The notes under the pieces are model-generated. The model saw nothing but the letters and a program-made list of their open reading frames with translations, was not told the origin of the DNA and made no database searches. Shown here in pieces: positions 60,369 to 64,000 of a stretch of DNA of 64,000 nt. Position numbers and translations under genes: made by a program. This DNA comes from Acidobacteriota bacterium (GTDB lineage Bacteria; Acidobacteriota; Terriglobia; Acidiferrales; UBA7541): the NCBI GenBank assembly GCA_003223215.1, contig QHYH01000091.1, positions 60,696 through 124,695 of the forward strand. Direction: 5' to 3'. How positions within the stretch are numbered: the stretch's first letter is position 1; each line of letters begins with the position of its first letter.

Positions 60369-60545
60369 AATATCTGCTCGCCGAGATAAAAGCAACCTTT
60401 TGGTTGCGCTTTTTTGCGGCGGTGGGACGGCTTCGCTGCGATTGACGAGCGCGGCCGCGCGGTAGCATCATTTTTCGTGAACCCGAGCCGGACCGTCCCG
60501 CGTCGTTGCGTTAAAACAAATCGATCTACCAAGGGAGCCGCTACC

Positions 60546-62681
60546 GTGGCCACACCGCGTCAGAAACTACCGGCAAAACAAATCACCAAAGACCATAAGG
60601 GCAGACCCAAGGTCAGTGAAGCGCAGATCGCGGTGCACTGGAAAGAAGAAGGCTATTACCGCCCGCCCGCGAAGTTTATTGGCCAGGCCAACCTGCACGA
60701 TCCCGACTTCGTGGCTAAGTTCGACGAGAAATACTTCCCGGAGTGCTTCCGCCACTACGCCGAACTGCTCGACTGGGACCAGTATTGGCACACCACGCTC
60801 GACGCCGATCATCCTCCCTTTTGGCAATGGTTCGTTGGCGGAAAACTGAACGCCTGCTACAACTGCGTGGACCGGCACCTCGCCAAATACAAAAACAAGG
60901 CGGCCATCATTTTCGTTCCCGAACCTCCCGGCGAAGCCCACGTGGTGGTCACCTATCAGGAGCTGTACAAGCGCGTGAATGAGACCGCGGCGCTGCTGCG
61001 CGATTTCGCTGGGCTGAAAACGGGCGACCGCGTGACGATTCACATGCCCATGATTCCCGAGCTGCCCATCACCATGCTGGCTTGCGCGCGGCTCGGTGTC
61101 GTGCATTCGGTCGTTTTTGGCGGATTTAGCGGCGAGGCTTGCGGGTTGCGCGCCGCGGATTCCAGCAGTCGCGTGCTCATCTACGCGGACGGCTACTGGC
61201 GCAATGGAAAGTGGGTGGATCACAAGGCCGCCGCGGATATCGCCGTGCAAACGGCAACAAAAGAAGGCCAGGAAATCGACAAAGTCCTGGTCTGGAAGCG
61301 CTATCCCGGTAGATACAGCTCAGAAACGCCAATGGTCATGGAGCGCGATTATTTCATTGACGACGTTCTAAAGGACTACCGAGGTCATACGGTAGAGCCT
61401 GCTTCGCAGGATTCAGAAGCCCCGCTATTTCTCATGTACACCAGCGGCACGACGGGAAAACCAAAAGGGTGCCAACATCGCACCGGCGGTTATCTGGCAT
61501 ACGTAACGGGAACGGCAAAGTATTACCAGGACATTCATCCGGAAGACGTCTACTGGTGCATGGCGGATATCGGCTGGATCACCGGGCACTCTTACATCGT
61601 CTACGGACCGCTCGCGCTCGCGGCAACCAGCGTTCTCTATGAGGGCGTGCCGCAATTCCCGGACGTCGGCCGGCCGTGGCGCATCGCCGAAAGGCTCGAC
61701 GTTAACATTTTTCACACTTCGCCGACGGCCATTCGCATGCTACGCAAAGCCGGCGCGGACGAACCGAAGAAATACAACTACCACTTCAAGCACATGACCA
61801 CGGTTGGTGAGCCCATCGAGCCGGAAGTCTGGCAGTGGTATTACGAAGTCGTCGGCAAAGGGGAAGCGGTAATCGTCGATACTTGGTGGCAAACGGAAAC
61901 CGGCGGCTTCCTTTGCTCCACCAAACCTGCCCTCGACCCCATGAAGCCCGGCAGCGCCGGTCCCCCGGCGCTCGGAATTTATCCGGTGATTTGGGATGAG
62001 GAAGGAAACGAGGTTAAGCCGGGCTCCCACACGGCGGGAAATATCTGCATTCGCAATCCCTGGCCGGGAATTATGCAGACGATTTGGGGCGATCCGCAGC
62101 GGTTCGTGAATCAATACTACAAAAAGTACACCAAGAATCTGCACAGCAAGGATTGGCGCGATTGGCCGTATTACGCCGCAGACGGCGCGGTGCTTCCCGC
62201 GGACGGCTACTATCGCATCCTCGGCCGCGTCGATGACGTGATCAACGTGGCCGGCCATCGTCTTGGTACCAAGGAAGTCGAGTCCGCTTGCCTCACCGTA
62301 CCCGAAGTTGCCGAAGCCGCCGTCGTTCCCGCAGTGGACGAAGTGAAAGGCCGCGTCCCGGTCGTTTACATTTCACTGAAGCCCGGGTTCCTCCCTAAGA
62401 AAGCCATCCAGGAAAAGGTGACTTCCACCATCGAAACCATGATCGGCAAGATTGCTCGTCCGAAGACGATCCACATGGTGCCGGACATGCCGAAGACCCG
62501 GTCTGGCAAGATCATGCGGCGCGTGCTGGCAGCGATTTCCAACCACATGGACACCGGCGACATCACCACCCTTGCAAATCCCGACATCGTCGAGCAGATT
62601 CGCGAAATGGTCCAAGGCCGCGCCGCCGTGAAGCTCCAGGAAGGCCCGGAAGACATCAAGCGCTTCGGCCAGGAAACCTAA
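60546..62681 (+). CDS. acs: Acetyl-CoA synthetase (AMP-forming)
   Basis: YTSGTTGKPKG, DIGWITGHSY, VGEPI, DTWWQTETG, GRVDDVINVAGHRLG, PKTRSGKIMRR. Confidence 0.96.
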   Translation: MATPRQKLPAKQITKDHKGRPKVSEAQIAVHWKEEGYYRPPAKFIGQANLHDPDFVAKFDEKYFPECFRHYAELLDWDQYWHTTLDADHPPFWQWFVGGKLNACYNCVDRHLAKYKNKAAIIFVPEPPGEAHVVVTYQELYKRVNETAALLRDFAGLKTGDRVTIHMPMIPELPITMLACARLGVVHSVVFGGFSGEACGLRAADSSSRVLIYADGYWRNGKWVDHKAAADIAVQTATKEGQEIDKVLVWKRYPGRYSSETPMVMERDYFIDDVLKDYRGHTVEPASQDSEAPLFLMYTSGTTGKPKGCQHRTGGYLAYVTGTAKYYQDIHPEDVYWCMADIGWITGHSYIVYGPLALAATSVLYEGVPQFPDVGRPWRIAERLDVNIFHTSPTAIRMLRKAGADEPKKYNYHFKHMTTVGEPIEPEVWQWYYEVVGKGEAVIVDTWWQTETGGFLCSTKPALDPMKPGSAGPPALGIYPVIWDEEGNEVKPGSHTAGNICIRNPWPGIMQTIWGDPQRFVNQYYKKYTKNLHSKDWRDWPYYAADGAVLPADGYYRILGRVDDVINVAGHRLGTKEVESACLTVPEVAEAAVVPAVDEVKGRVPVVYISLKPGFLPKKAIQEKVTSTIETMIGKIARPKTIHMVPDMPKTRSGKIMRRVLAAISNHMDTGDITTLANPDIVEQIREMVQGRAAVKLQEGPEDIKRFGQET

Positions 62682-62929
62682 AGCAATGGCAGTCCCCGGG
62701 GCGCCGTGTCCTTAGCCGTAAGTCGTGTTTTTTCATTTACTTGTAAAGCGACGCCTCTTGTCACCACCGCGGCGGAGCGCTGTTTAGGCCCTTCACCCCG
62801 CCGGCCACGAGTCGTGAAATGGTCTAGTACCTCCGTACTTCTCAGCGTTGAATCGTTTTTGTATCGGGAGTCCTATTGTTCGCTGAACGCTTCCCCGGAT
62901 ACACTTGAAAATCGGTCAGGAGGATTATC

Positions 62930-63262
62930 TTGACGGGTTCTGAACGCCGCACCACGCAACGTTTCACCATGCGGCTGCCATTAACGGTTCGCTGGACGAC
63001 TGGCGCGGCCGTCGGTGAAACCAGCACCGAATCGCGCGATGTGAGCTCTCGCGGGGTTTACTTCTATCTTTCCAAGGACGTCAAAGAAGGCTCCCCGGTG
63101 GAGATTGTCCTGACCTTGCCGAACGAGATCACCATGGCTGGTCCGGTGCGCGTCCGCTGTCTTGGGCGCGTGCAGCGTACCGAGCCGCGGAATGAGGGCG
63201 CCGTGGGCGTGGTTGCCGCGATCGAGCGGTATGAATTCCTCCGCGGCGACGAGGACAAATAG
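62930..63262 (+). CDS. Stand-alone PilZ domain protein
   Basis: ERRTTQRF (RxxxR) and DVSSRG (DxSxxG); GGAGG upstream of TTG. Confidence 0.88.
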   Translation: MTGSERRTTQRFTMRLPLTVRWTTGAAVGETSTESRDVSSRGVYFYLSKDVKEGSPVEIVLTLPNEITMAGPVRVRCLGRVQRTEPRNEGAVGVVAAIERYEFLRGDEDK

Positions 63263-63416
63263 GTTTCTCTGCTGCGCGAGGCCGCAACCCCCACGGCCCC
63301 TGCGCACGATCCGTTAGCCGAAAGTCTGCAGAATCCATTTGCCGACTTTGCATCTGGCTGCGGCTTAAGAAATTCTCCGGGTTTCTTGCTCGCACACTGC
63401 GGAGGCGGGCAGGATC

Positions 63417-63464
63417 AGCCGGGGTGCCTTGGCCCCTCAGCGAAGCGCCCCGGCTCAGTTTTTT
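63417..63464 (+). terminator. GC-rich hairpin followed by a T run (possible terminator)
   Basis: AGCCGGGGTGC...GCGCCCCGGCT then CAGTTTTTT; long loop, about 150 nt after the PilZ stop. Confidence 0.35.
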
Positions 63465-63564
63465 CTGACCGGCCCTCCTTTCCGCATCTCCCGGACTCAG
63501 GAAGCCGCGTCGCGATTCCCCGAGGCTATCCTGGTCACGGGGGTGGGCAATCCCGACCGCCCCC

Positions 63565-63593
63565 TTGACTTGGATCACCTTCGCCCTTAGCGT
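63565..63593 (+). promoter_or_regulatory. Sigma70-like promoter ending 7 nt before ATG 63601
   Basis: TTGACT-N17-TAGCGT-N7-ATG, no Shine-Dalgarno. Confidence 0.55.
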
Positions 63594-63600
63594 CGAATAG

Positions 63601-63951
63601 ATGCGCCTTGGGCGGCCAATTCTCGTTGCATTCGTCGCGACCGCGCTCGCGGCTTATGTTCTCGATTGCTCAGGCACGACCACTCCCGCCGAAGCCATGA
63701 AATGCTGCCAGTCCATGCCTTGCTCCTCGTCCGGCCACAGCCAGGAATGCTGCGAGACGATGCCGCAGATGCATGCGCCGTTTGTTCAATCGCCCTCCGC
63801 TCACGGATTTTCATTCACACCTGATTTGATTGCAGTGCTTTCCATCTTTCAACAAGCCCTCCGTGCAGGCTCCGCCGTTTCCCGACTCGCGGCGAGCTGC
63901 CACGGGCCGCCCCGCGCTAGTCCCCCAACTTCCACACCCATCCGAATCTAG
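63601..63951 (+). CDS. Small secreted/membrane Cys-rich protein
   Basis: Hydrophobic N-terminus; AMKCC..MPC...HSQECC; C-terminal HGPP motif. Confidence 0.65.
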   Translation: MRLGRPILVAFVATALAAYVLDCSGTTTPAEAMKCCQSMPCSSSGHSQECCETMPQMHAPFVQSPSAHGFSFTPDLIAVLSIFQQALRAGSAVSRLAASCHGPPRASPPTSTPIRI

Positions 63952-64000
63952 GCCACCTCTGGCACGCCACGCTCGACGACAAGCATTCTTGTCTCTGGAC

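Overview
GC-rich bacterial chromosomal segment, most likely from an Acidobacteriota (Terriglobia-like) soil organism; this is inferred from the VWA protein, the kinase-propeller protein and the small conserved hypotheticals, not proven. It is mostly core and accessory metabolism: pckG, fumC, acs, a fadN-like gene, modABC, queF, a Lon-type protease, a glycogen debranching enzyme, a lactate/glycolate permease with glcDEF, and a cofH-cofC-CoA transferase-PPOX operon pointing to F420 metabolism. Mobile and repeat DNA: one rve/DDE insertion sequence (about 808-2233) with two binding-site repeats at each end and a disrupted transposase; two near-identical 215 and 244 bp non-autonomous IS200/IS605 (IS608-like) elements with both ends and an omega-RNA-like right end but no tnpA/tnpB; a solo left end of the same family; and several REP-like palindromes, some inserted in frame within a SIS-domain gene. 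A Ser/Thr kinase-PspC-beta-propeller fusion gene, frameshifted in a G7 run, interrupts the glcDEF operon. Three genes carry small indel lesions, which may be real or assembly errors. No tRNA, rRNA or CRISPR array was seen.
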